DNA of 64,000 nt from an uncultured Nitrospiraceae bacterium (GTDB taxonomy: Bacteria > Nitrospirota > Nitrospiria > Nitrospirales > Nitrospiraceae), in NCBI GenBank assembly GCA_963730935.1, contig CAVSTP010000002.1, positions 160,001 through 224,000 of the forward strand, in the 5' to 3' direction. Shown one piece after another: positions 18,216 through 27,270 of this stretch. The position numbers and the translations under genes were made by a program. Under the pieces are notes generated by a model. That model did no database searches, was not told where the DNA came from, and worked only from the letters and a program-made list of their open reading frames with translations. Within the stretch, counting starts at the first letter, position 1. Each line of letters opens with the position of its first letter.

Positions 18216-19409
18216 ATGACCAGATGCTGCGGAGCAGGTTGTCTGATGGCGATTGCGTGGCTCACCTTGGGACTATCGTCCCCCACGTCGGGAGAGCCCT
18301 TTCTTCCCCAACAAGACACGCAAGTGCTAGAACGCCTCAGCGTCAAGTCATCTGATCCGGTGGCGCGAGAACTCAGGACCTTACGCGCGCGGCTATCGAG
18401 AAATCCACAAGACGTTGATGTCGCAGTATCGCTTGCGACCAAATTTGCTGCACAAGCGCGGTCGCTAGGAGATCCGAGATTTCTCGGTCAAGCGCAGGCC
18501 ATCTTGGCTCCTTGGTGGAACCTTCCGACACCGCCGCCCTCGGTTCTACTATTGCGAGCCACGATCCGCCAGAATGCGCATGAGTTCGATCTCGCGCTCG
18601 CCGATCTCGATGAGGTCTTGAGCCGGCAACCGACAAACGCTCAGGCGTGGCTGACGAAAGCGTCGATCCTTCAAGTTCAAGGACGATACGAGGAGGCTCG
18701 AGGTGCATGCCAGCCCTTGCTTCGATCGACCGGCCGGCATGTCGCACTCACCTGTTTGAGCGATATCGCCGGTCTGAGGGGCCAAGCCGCTCTTAGCCGC
18801 GATGTGCTGACCACGAGTCTGAGTCGTCCAGACATCTCCGTAGAGGAACGACTTTGGATTCTGACCATCTTGGCGGAGGTGGCCGCTCGCACCGGAGATC
18901 AACGAAATGCTGAAAGGTATTTTGAGGAAGCGCGAAGCATCGGCATGAAAGACCACTATCTCTTAGGGGCTTATGCCGATTTTCTACTCGATCAAGGCCG
19001 CGCGCAGGACGTCGTGGCGCTCCTGCAGCGCGATACGAGATCCGACGGATTGCTCTTACGTCTTGCGCTTGCCGAGCAGGCACTCCATGCACCCGCGTCA
19101 CAGGACCATACGGCCGAGCTTGCGGCCCGTTTTGCCGCCAGTCGTGAGCGAGGAACTCCTGTGCACTTGCGTGAAGAAGCGCGCTTCACTCTTGCGCTGC
19201 TGCAAGATTCACGGGCGGCGCTCCTCCTCGCCCAGAACAATTGGAAGATCCAAAAGGAACCTTCTGATGCCCGCCTGCTGCTCGAATGTGCCTGGGCAGC
19301 CGGTAACCGTCACGCAGCCAAACCTGTGCTCGAATGGCTCGACACGAACCATGTGGAAGGTGACAAGCTCCGACATCTGGCTGCACGGCTTCGAGAGGAG
19401 AGGCCGTAA
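18216..19409 (+). CDS. exported tetratricopeptide-repeat protein
   Basis: signal-like N-terminus; TPR helices (A..DLD.VL..QP.N..AW). Confidence 0.8.
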   Translation: MTRCCGAGCLMAIAWLTLGLSSPTSGEPFLPQQDTQVLERLSVKSSDPVARELRTLRARLSRNPQDVDVAVSLATKFAAQARSLGDPRFLGQAQAILAPWWNLPTPPPSVLLLRATIRQNAHEFDLALADLDEVLSRQPTNAQAWLTKASILQVQGRYEEARGACQPLLRSTGRHVALTCLSDIAGLRGQAALSRDVLTTSLSRPDISVEERLWILTILAEVAARTGDQRNAERYFEEARSIGMKDHYLLGAYADFLLDQGRAQDVVALLQRDTRSDGLLLRLALAEQALHAPASQDHTAELAARFAASRERGTPVHLREEARFTLALLQDSRAALLLAQNNWKIQKEPSDARLLLECAWAAGNRHAAKPVLEWLDTNHVEGDKLRHLAARLREERP

Positions 19410-20539
19410 TGCGCATCTTCCTCGTCATTGCGCTGCTTCTTATGAGCACGCCCGCCTGGGCTCATAAACCCAGCGACAGTTATCTCTCCCTCACTGTCCA
19501 TCAGGTTCGTGTGGAGGGTCGGTGGGACATCGCGCTGCGAGACTTGGACGACGCGATCGGACTGGACGGGGACGGGAATGGCGAGATCACATGGGGGGAG
19601 GTGCGATCCAGACACGACCAGATCGCTGCTTATGCACTCTCCCGCCTCACGCTTGCGTCAGGCGAGAGACGTTGCGCGACGAACGCCACCCGCCTGCTGA
19701 TCGACCATCACACGGACGGGGCCTACACGGTTCTCCTCTTCACAGCGACCTGTCCGGATCCAATAGAAGAGCTGCGCGCCGATTATCGGCTCTTGTTCGA
19801 TCTGGACGCTCAGCATAAAGGACTCCTGCGCCTAACTCATGGGTCTCATGCGTCCTTCACCACGAGCGCGATATTCAGCCAAGAGACCTCAGCTCAACGA
19901 TTCACGATCGGTGAAGGTTCACTGTGGCGTCAGGGTGGACAATACCTGCATGAAGGCATCTGGCACATCTGGCTAGGATTCGACCACCTCTTGTTTCTGC
20001 TCACACTCCTGTTGCCTGCAGTCCTCGTTCGAGTCGATCACCGCTGGCAAGCCATTGAAGATCTTTCATCCGCATCCTGGGAAGTGTTGCGCATTGTCAC
20101 GGCCTTTACCTTCGCACATTCTCTGACCTTGAGTCTCGCCACACTGGGAATCATGCAGTTGCCTTCACGACTCGTTGAATCAGCAATTGCGTCCTCGGTA
20201 ATTCTTGCTGGAGTGGCAAATCTGTATCCGGGGATCGCACAACGCCGTTGGGTGGTGGCATTCGCCTTTGGTCTCATCCACGGCTTTGGATTCGCCAGCG
20301 TGCTCTCAGATTTGGGATTGCCGCATGGCTCGTTGTTGGTCAGTCTTGTGAGTTTCAACGTCGGTGTTGAGATCGGCCAACTTGCGGTGGTAGTTCTGTT
20401 TCTTCCGCTAGCTCATGCCTTCCGCCGATCTTCGGCTTATCAGTTGATCGTCGTCAGAATTGGGTCTCTGGCAGTTATTGTCGTGGCGCTGCTATGGCTG
20501 GCTGAGCGGGCGTTCGACCTCAAACTTTTTCCGGTCTGA
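19409..20539 (+). CDS. HupE/UreJ family metal-transporter-like protein with N-terminal periplasmic domain
   Basis: AWA|HK, DGDGNGEITWGE, GIWHIWLGFDH, FTFAHSLTL, FGLIHGFGFA, FNVGVEIGQ. Confidence 0.88.
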   Translation: MRIFLVIALLLMSTPAWAHKPSDSYLSLTVHQVRVEGRWDIALRDLDDAIGLDGDGNGEITWGEVRSRHDQIAAYALSRLTLASGERRCATNATRLLIDHHTDGAYTVLLFTATCPDPIEELRADYRLLFDLDAQHKGLLRLTHGSHASFTTSAIFSQETSAQRFTIGEGSLWRQGGQYLHEGIWHIWLGFDHLLFLLTLLLPAVLVRVDHRWQAIEDLSSASWEVLRIVTAFTFAHSLTLSLATLGIMQLPSRLVESAIASSVILAGVANLYPGIAQRRWVVAFAFGLIHGFGFASVLSDLGLPHGSLLVSLVSFNVGVEIGQLAVVVLFLPLAHAFRRSSAYQLIVVRIGSLAVIVVALLWLAERAFDLKLFPV

Positions 20540-20553
20540 AAAACGAACGCGTG

Positions 20554-21966
20554 CTATTCGCCCCGCACGGGGATATAGAGAATGGTGCCCTGGCGGTTGA
20601 CCAGGAGCAGAGCGAGATCGCTCGATTTCATCGGATCGGCAATTCGTTGAAACGCAGAAAAGTTGGGGATGGGCTGGCGGTTTAATTCCAGAATCACGTC
20701 GCCCGGCTGAAGACCCGAGGATTCGGCCAAACTGCCTTCTTCAATATCGGTCACAACGACCCCGCTGTTGACCGGCAGATCCATTTGGCGCGCGAGCGGA
20801 GGCGTGACATCGTCGAAGACCACGCCCGACAGTGGGTGAGCGCCCGAACCCGTCGCGGTCGCCGCCTGACTCTTCCTCGCTCGGTCCCTCGGAGCTTCCT
20901 GCACGGTGAGTTCGACTTGGATCGTCTTGCCGTCCCGCACGAGATCCAGCCGGTGCTTGCTGCCGATTGCGGCGGCCGCCATCAGATTGCGAAGATGCCC
21001 GCTGTCCATGACATCACGTCCGTCGAACCGCTCGATGACATCGCCTCGTCTGAGCCCCGCCTTTTCCGCAGATCCCTTTGACTGCAAGTCGGTGACAATC
21101 GCGCCCTTCACATCCGGCAACTTGAAGATTTTTCCCAGCAGCGGGGTGACATCCTGCGTGGATGCGCCGAGAAATCCCCTCACGACCCGGCCGGTCTTGA
21201 TCAGGCTTTGCATGGCTGTCCTGGCCATGTTGCTGGGAATGGCGAACCCGACGCCGACACTTCCACCAGTAGGACTGGCGATTGCCGTGTTGATGCCCAC
21301 GAGCTCACCGTTGGTGTTGACGAGCGCACCGCCGGAGTTGCCTGGATTGATCGGCGCATCCGTTTGAATGAAATCTTCGAAATCCGCGACGCCGACGTCC
21401 GCCCGTCCCACGGCGCTGACGATGCCGAAAGTCACCGTCCGGCTGAGTCCCAAGGGATTCCCGATCGCCAGCACGAAATCACCGACGGCCAGGTTGCTGG
21501 AATCGCCCCAGGGCACTGTCGGCAAATTGGTGCTCTGAATCTTGACGACCGCGACGTCGGTCTTCGGATCCGTGGCCATCACCTTGCCTTTGAACTGCCG
21601 GCGGTCGGCCAAGATGACTTCCACGTCCACGGCATCCGCGACCACGTGGTTATTCGTGATGATGTAGCCATCGGAAGAGACGATGACGCCGGAGCCCTGT
21701 CCATATTGACGCCGAGCCGGCGGTTCTCTGAATAGACCGAAGGGCAGCGTTTCGTCACTGAACGCCTGGTCGCGCACCATGACGGTCGACGCGATGCTGA
21801 CAACGGCCGGAATCACTTTTGACGCCGTCGTCTTGACCTGATTTTGGAGGTCGTTGACGCCGACGACTGGAACTAACCGGCCGGCCGCCTCTGCCGAACT
21901 TCCCACGGCCAGGCTGATGCTCGCGGCAGCGACCAATCGCACCAGGGAACGGACAGCACTCGACAT
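20554..21966 (-). CDS. degP: DegP/HtrA periplasmic serine protease with two PDZ domains
   Basis: TNNHVV, TDVAV, QTDAPINPGNSGGAL, two PDZ domains. Confidence 0.9.
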   Translation of the reverse strand: MSSAVRSLVRLVAAASISLAVGSSAEAAGRLVPVVGVNDLQNQVKTTASKVIPAVVSIASTVMVRDQAFSDETLPFGLFREPPARRQYGQGSGVIVSSDGYIITNNHVVADAVDVEVILADRRQFKGKVMATDPKTDVAVVKIQSTNLPTVPWGDSSNLAVGDFVLAIGNPLGLSRTVTFGIVSAVGRADVGVADFEDFIQTDAPINPGNSGGALVNTNGELVGINTAIASPTGGSVGVGFAIPSNMARTAMQSLIKTGRVVRGFLGASTQDVTPLLGKIFKLPDVKGAIVTDLQSKGSAEKAGLRRGDVIERFDGRDVMDSGHLRNLMAAAAIGSKHRLDLVRDGKTIQVELTVQEAPRDRARKSQAATATGSGAHPLSGVVFDDVTPPLARQMDLPVNSGVVVTDIEEGSLAESSGLQPGDVILELNRQPIPNFSAFQRIADPMKSSDLALLLVNRQGTILYIPVRGE

Positions 21967-22042
21967 ACCACCCTTTCTTTCAGAACTGCGCATAAGACCT
22001 TAAGAAACGTCGTAGCCTAGCACGGAGGCGGGGAGGACGCAC

Positions 22043-24553
22043 TCATAAATCTACATGCCGCAGACGAAGCGCGTTGGCAATGACGGAGACGGAGCTGAAG
22101 GTCATGGCAGCACTGGCAATCATGGGACTCAGCAGCACCCCCCACACCGGATACAGCGCGCCCGCCGCAAGAGGCACGCCAGCAAGATTGTAGACGAAGG
22201 CGAAAAAGAGATTCTGCCGGATGTTCTTCATGGTCGCCCGGCTGAGTCGGATGGCACGAACCAGCGCGCGCAGATCGCCTTTCACAAGCGTGATGCCCGC
22301 GCTTTCCATCGCAATGTCCGTTCCAGTCCCCATCGCAATCCCCACGTGGGCAAGAGCCAGCGCCGGCGCATCATTGATGCCGTCGCCTGCCATCGCGACC
22401 ACATGGCCTTGTGACTTGAGGTCCGCGACGATAGCGCCTTTTTTCTCCGGGAGCACCCCCGCATACAGGTCGGTGATCCCGACCTGTCGGGCGACGGCCT
22501 CTGCCGTTAGCTGGTGATCGCCCGTGACCATGACCAGCCGAATGCCCTGTTCTCTGAGTAGCCGGACGGCCTCAGGGGTCGTGGATTTCACCGGATCGGC
22601 CACACCGAGCAGTCCCGCAACCTTCCCATCCACGGCGATAAACACTGTCGTTTGTCCCTCCGCTCGCAAGCGCGCCGCTTCCTCTTCCAGCACGGCCAAG
22701 CCCGGATCGGCGATGTTCAGGCGTTCTCGAAGAAGCGTAGCGGTCCCCACTGCGACGGAATGTCCGTCGACGACACCGGTGACTCCATAGCCCGTGACCG
22801 AGCGAAATTCCTTGACCACTCCGGGCGTCGCCGCTCGCTGCTCGGCTTCAGCGATGACGGCAGAAGCAACCGGATGTTCACTCCGGCGCTCGAGACTGGC
22901 CGCGAGCCGCAACACTTCCGCGTCGCTCCACGGCGGCACGAAGCGAATGGAAACAAGCGCGGGTTTCCCTTCGGTGAGGGTACCCGTCTTGTCAAACACC
23001 AACGTGTCCACTTTGCCGAGCACCTCGAGGGCTTCCGCTTTATGGATCAGAACGCCGGCCGTCGCCCCCCGCCCCGTTCCCACCATGATGGACATGGGTG
23101 TTGCCAGTCCGAGCGCACAAGGGCAGGCAACAATCAGCACCGCCACCGCATTGACCAATGCATAGGCCAGCCGCGGTTCAGGCCCCCAGAGGCCCCACGC
23201 GATGGAAGTGAGGATCGCAACCGCAACGACCGCTGGGACAAAGTAGCCGGCCACACGGTCGGCAACCCGTTGGATGGGAGCACGGCTTCGCTGGGCGTCG
23301 CTTACCATTTGGACGATGCGGGCAAGCAAGGTGTCAGAGCCGACCCGTTCCGCCTGCATGAGGATGCTCCCGGCGCCGTTAATCGTACCGCCCGTCACCG
23401 GAGCGCCGGGGGATTTTGCCACCGGCAATGACTCTCCGGTGACCATCGATTCATCGACCACCGTCACACCTTCCGCGACAACGCCGTCCACAGGCACGCG
23501 TTCGCCCGGACGAACGCGTAGACGATCTCCGACCCTCACCTCGTCGAGCGACACGTCCGTCTCCTTGCCGCCCTCCCCGACACGCCTGGCCGTTTTCGGC
23601 GCCAGGCGCAGCAGCGCTTTCATGGCAGAAGTCGTTTGGCCGCGCGCGCGTAATTCCAAGACCTGCCCCAGCAACACCAATACCGTGATGACAGCCGCGG
23701 CTTCGAAATAGACAGGAATGGAACCATCGGATGCATGGAACGAAACCGGCAAGAGGCCAGGCGCGATGGTGGCCAGGACGCTGTAGAGATAGGCGGCTCC
23801 GGTCCCGAGGCCGATCAGCGTGAACATGTTCGGCGCCCGGTGAACGATCGAGTTCCAGGCGCGTTCAAAGAACGGCCAGCCTCCCCAGAGCACGACCGGT
23901 GTGGCCAGCCACAATTGAATCCAGTTTTTCACCGGGCCGTTGAGGATCTGACGCGCCGGTATCATATCGGCCATCGCCAAGGTCATCACGAGGAGCGCGG
24001 GACCGAGGCTGATCCAAAAGCGCCTCGATATGTCCAGAAGTTCCGGATTCGGTCGCTCTTCCAACGTGACGATTTTAGGCTCCAGCGCCATGCCGCAGAT
24101 GGGACAAGCTCCTGGCTCGGTCGAAACGACCTCCGGATCCATCGGACAGATGTATTCCACTTTGGAGCCGGGGGAAACGGCCGTCGGTTTCGTGATGCGT
24201 TGCGCCGGCGGGATCAGAAACGCAGCGGGATCCTGGCGAAACTTGGCCAAACAGCCTGTTGAACAAAAGTAGTACGTCTTACCTTCGTGAACATAGGAGC
24301 CGGCGGCGCTTTCAGGCTGAACGGTCATTCCGCATACAGGATCGACCTGTGCGCCCTTAGTGGCAGGGCTGGGCGGCATCATCTGAATCGTGATCAGGCC
24401 CGAGCTTTTCGGTCGAAGCGCCCGCTCTGGATCAGCTTTGAACGTTTCGAGACAGGAGGCGGCGCAAAAGTAGTAGGTGACGCCTTGATATTCGTATTGC
24501 CCGGCAGCCGTCGCCGGATCGACGGTCATACCGCAGATAGGATCGATCGCCAT
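22043..24553 (-). CDS. copA: Cu(I)-translocating P1B-type ATPase with two YHS domains and an HMBD
   Basis: [39 protein letters not shown], MxxSS. Confidence 0.92.
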   Translation of the reverse strand: MAIDPICGMTVDPATAAGQYEYQGVTYYFCAASCLETFKADPERALRPKSSGLITIQMMPPSPATKGAQVDPVCGMTVQPESAAGSYVHEGKTYYFCSTGCLAKFRQDPAAFLIPPAQRITKPTAVSPGSKVEYICPMDPEVVSTEPGACPICGMALEPKIVTLEERPNPELLDISRRFWISLGPALLVMTLAMADMIPARQILNGPVKNWIQLWLATPVVLWGGWPFFERAWNSIVHRAPNMFTLIGLGTGAAYLYSVLATIAPGLLPVSFHASDGSIPVYFEAAAVITVLVLLGQVLELRARGQTTSAMKALLRLAPKTARRVGEGGKETDVSLDEVRVGDRLRVRPGERVPVDGVVAEGVTVVDESMVTGESLPVAKSPGAPVTGGTINGAGSILMQAERVGSDTLLARIVQMVSDAQRSRAPIQRVADRVAGYFVPAVVAVAILTSIAWGLWGPEPRLAYALVNAVAVLIVACPCALGLATPMSIMVGTGRGATAGVLIHKAEALEVLGKVDTLVFDKTGTLTEGKPALVSIRFVPPWSDAEVLRLAASLERRSEHPVASAVIAEAEQRAATPGVVKEFRSVTGYGVTGVVDGHSVAVGTATLLRERLNIADPGLAVLEEEAARLRAEGQTTVFIAVDGKVAGLLGVADPVKSTTPEAVRLLREQGIRLVMVTGDHQLTAEAVARQVGITDLYAGVLPEKKGAIVADLKSQGHVVAMAGDGINDAPALALAHVGIAMGTGTDIAMESAGITLVKGDLRALVRAIRLSRATMKNIRQNLFFAFVYNLAGVPLAAGALYPVWGVLLSPMIASAAMTFSSVSVIANALRLRHVDL

Positions 24554-24693
24554 AGTAGGATCTCGGCCCTCCACTTGCTGCGGCCGCCCGTGGAGCGAAA
24601 CGTCTCGGCGCTTCGGGGTCGGGCGGGTGGAGAATGGTAGCCATTTTGACCATCCTCCAAGGCATCTTCTCCCGTCTCGTCACTGATCACTGT

Positions 24694-25347
24694 TCATTTT
24701 TTTCCGTCCCCATCGAGGATACTCTGAATCACGAGTCTCAGGTTTTCGGGATCGACTTTTTCCACTTTGATGTTGCCGTCCAAGAGAATAGTCGGCGTTT
24801 GCTGCAGCTTGATGCGCTCTCCCCACTTTTTGCCTTCTTCAACGAGTTGAGCCGGTTTTCCGCTGGCCATGCCTTCTTCAAAAGCCTTGGGATCGAGCCC
24901 GACTTCCTTGATCAGCACTTCCCGAATGGAGCGGTCGAGCACACCGGTTACCTTGTCCTGGTGAATCGTCCGGAAGAGCACTTTCTTCATTTCATTGCCT
25001 TTGCCCATCAGCTTGGCCTGTTCATACATGTCGAACGGCGTCGGCAGTTTTCCTCTGATCACGGGAAAGCCGACCATCGTCGTTTCGAGCTTCTTTCCGA
25101 ATTCTTTCTCGAGGATGGGCAGCCCTTCACCGTCGAAATGATGACAGTGTGGGCAGTAAAAATCTGCGAACTCCACCAGCTTGACCTTCCCTGATTGGTG
25201 AGTCGAGTGCTCATCCTTCAGGACTTCATATTTGCCCTTTAATTCCGAAGGGGCGGCCTGAACCGGCCCATTACCGTCAAAGAGAATGGTTGACAGCAGG
25301 ATTCCGGCGATCAACGTCATGCTAGTCCAACGTGCGATCTTGCCCAT
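24694..25347 (-). CDS. DsbA family thiol:disulfide oxidoreductase
   Basis: signal peptide, CPHC, cis-Pro TP. Confidence 0.85.
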   Translation of the reverse strand: MGKIARWTSMTLIAGILLSTILFDGNGPVQAAPSELKGKYEVLKDEHSTHQSGKVKLVEFADFYCPHCHHFDGEGLPILEKEFGKKLETTMVGFPVIRGKLPTPFDMYEQAKLMGKGNEMKKVLFRTIHQDKVTGVLDRSIREVLIKEVGLDPKAFEEGMASGKPAQLVEEGKKWGERIKLQQTPTILLDGNIKVEKVDPENLRLVIQSILDGDGKK

Positions 25348-25434
25348 GCCCGCTCCTTTCGTGGAAATGCCGTGCCGTAATCGACCATTATATCGAATAC
25401 CTGCGGCACTTTGCTGTTTGTTATAATTCGCACT

Positions 25435-25983
25435 ATGCGTTCAGTCTGCTTGTTGAGCACTGCCATCTCCCTCTGTCTGCTCCTCAGCGGATGCGCGAGC
25501 CAGCATGCCGAAGATGGATCGGCTGCCAGTTCGATCACCTTTCTTCAAGTCAAAGCCGCTCCCGATTCCTACAGAGGACAGTCCGTGGTCTTCGGTGGAG
25601 AGGTGCTGAGTGCCAGGCGACTCAAAGATGGGACAAGGATTGAAATCTTACAGCTCCCGCTCGACCGCTCGGGACACCTCGGTACCGACCGGATGCAGTC
25701 CCAAGGCCGGTTCGTCGCAATGCACAGGGAATTTTTGGATCCTGCCACAATGCCCCCTGGTACCCGACTGACGGTAAATGGAGAAGTCGTAGGGTCGATA
25801 ACCCTGCCGCTCGACGAAACGGAATATAGCTATCCGGTCATTGAAGCGCGTCACATCGAGGTCTTGCCTCCACCGGAGGTGGCTGCGCAATGGAGGCGGC
25901 CCTACGCTTATCCTTACATGGGGTCAGGCTACTGGGGGCCTTACGGCAGTCCCTATTGGCGTCCTTGGCCGTATCGCTGGTAA
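25435..25983 (+). CDS. Slp family outer-membrane lipoprotein
   Basis: lipobox LSGC, FGGEV, GRF...FLDP, Y.YPV, aromatic/Pro tail. Confidence 0.85.
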   Translation: MRSVCLLSTAISLCLLLSGCASQHAEDGSAASSITFLQVKAAPDSYRGQSVVFGGEVLSARRLKDGTRIEILQLPLDRSGHLGTDRMQSQGRFVAMHREFLDPATMPPGTRLTVNGEVVGSITLPLDETEYSYPVIEARHIEVLPPPEVAAQWRRPYAYPYMGSGYWGPYGSPYWRPWPYRW

Positions 25984-25984
25984 T

Positions 25985-26108
25985 CAGGGTCTTGAAAAAG
26001 GCCGCTAGCTTCGTTCTCGCGTCACTCAGAGCCTCAACGTACCAGGAACTGTACGCCTCGCCTCTTCGTTCGCTGCGGCCTTGCTAAGCGCCCTTTTTGA
26101 ACACCCTG
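25985..26108 (+). repeat. palindromic MITE/REP-like intergenic repeat, copy 2
   Basis: CAGGGTCTTGAAAAAGG ... CCTTTTTGAACACCCTG; lies between convergent genes. Confidence 0.85.
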
Positions 26109-26114
26109 GCAGAA

Positions 26115-27191
26115 TCACCGTCCGGCAGTCCCGATGATCCGTTCCACACGATCATCACGGCCGCCGAGGTTTCGGTACTTGTGATACTGCGCCAGAGCGC
26201 GCGGCATGTCCTTACGGTGCAGCTCGTAAAACACGCCCAGATTATAGTGGGCTTCGGCGTAGTCGGGTTTCAACGCCACGGCCTTCTCGTATTCCTGTTC
26301 CGCCTCTTCGAGCTTGTTCATGCTGGTATAAATCACGCCGAGATTCATGTGCGCCTCGGCATACTCGGGCCGATACCGGATGACTTCGAGAAACTCCCGT
26401 TCCGCCTCGCTGGGTTTGTTCTGGCTGCGTAGAATAAATCCCAGGTTGTAATGGGCGTCCACGAGGTTGGGCTTGGCCGCAATCGCCTGCCGGTACGCAT
26501 AGGCGGCTTCCAGCAGGTCATTGTTCCGTTCTGCCAGACGGCCCGCCTGATACCATCCGTCGGCGTTTGTGGGGTGGGCTTTCGTCAACCGTGCGAGCAG
26601 CTTCCGGGCGGAGTCGTTGTTGCCCTCTGCTTCGTACAACATGGCCAGCCCGAAAAGTCCGTCCGCACTGGTGGGACGAACGGCGAGGAGGCGCTGATAC
26701 ACCTGCTTCGCAGCGGGAATGTCGTGCCGGCTTTCATAGAGCCGGGCAAGATCAAGATAGGAGTCCTCGTGCTTCGGCTCAATCTCGAGGGCCCGCTTGA
26801 GCGTCTGTTCCGCCTCTGTGGCCTTGCCTTGCGCGAGATACACTTCCGCCAAATCATTGAGCGCATCAGGGTACGCAGGCTTCAGCTTGAGCGCGTGCGT
26901 AAACGCATCGGCTGCCTCGCGGGGCCTTTTCTTGGCTTTGAAATAGAGTTGCCCCAACAGGTGATAGGCTTCGGCCGTGGCGCCGGACTCCACCGATTTC
27001 TCCAAAAACGCGATCGCCGCGTCAGCATCGCCGGACCTCCAGAGTTCCGTCGCCTGTTCGACCGCACGTTTACTGGAATCAGAGGGCGTTGCAGTACGAA
27101 GAAGCCCGGGTAAGAGCAGCACCCCACCAATGACGATCGACATGAGCAGCAGTGGTCGTGCAGGTGCCGTCAAGAGAACGCTCCCTACCAA
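26115..27191 (-). CDS. TPR repeat protein (exported or membrane-anchored)
   Basis: many canonical TPRs (P.YAEAHYNLG); start uncertain. Confidence 0.85.
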   Translation of the reverse strand: MVGSVLLTAPARPLLLMSIVIGGVLLLPGLLRTATPSDSSKRAVEQATELWRSGDADAAIAFLEKSVESGATAEAYHLLGQLYFKAKKRPREAADAFTHALKLKPAYPDALNDLAEVYLAQGKATEAEQTLKRALEIEPKHEDSYLDLARLYESRHDIPAAKQVYQRLLAVRPTSADGLFGLAMLYEAEGNNDSARKLLARLTKAHPTNADGWYQAGRLAERNNDLLEAAYAYRQAIAAKPNLVDAHYNLGFILRSQNKPSEAEREFLEVIRYRPEYAEAHMNLGVIYTSMNKLEEAEQEYEKAVALKPDYAEAHYNLGVFYELHRKDMPRALAQYHKYRNLGGRDDRVERIIGTAGR

Positions 27192-27270
27192 CGTTGCAGT
27201 CCGTACCGAACTATACGGTGGGTTGGCAGTGAAATCAACGCGAACAGCACCCTGTGATCAAAACCTCGAG

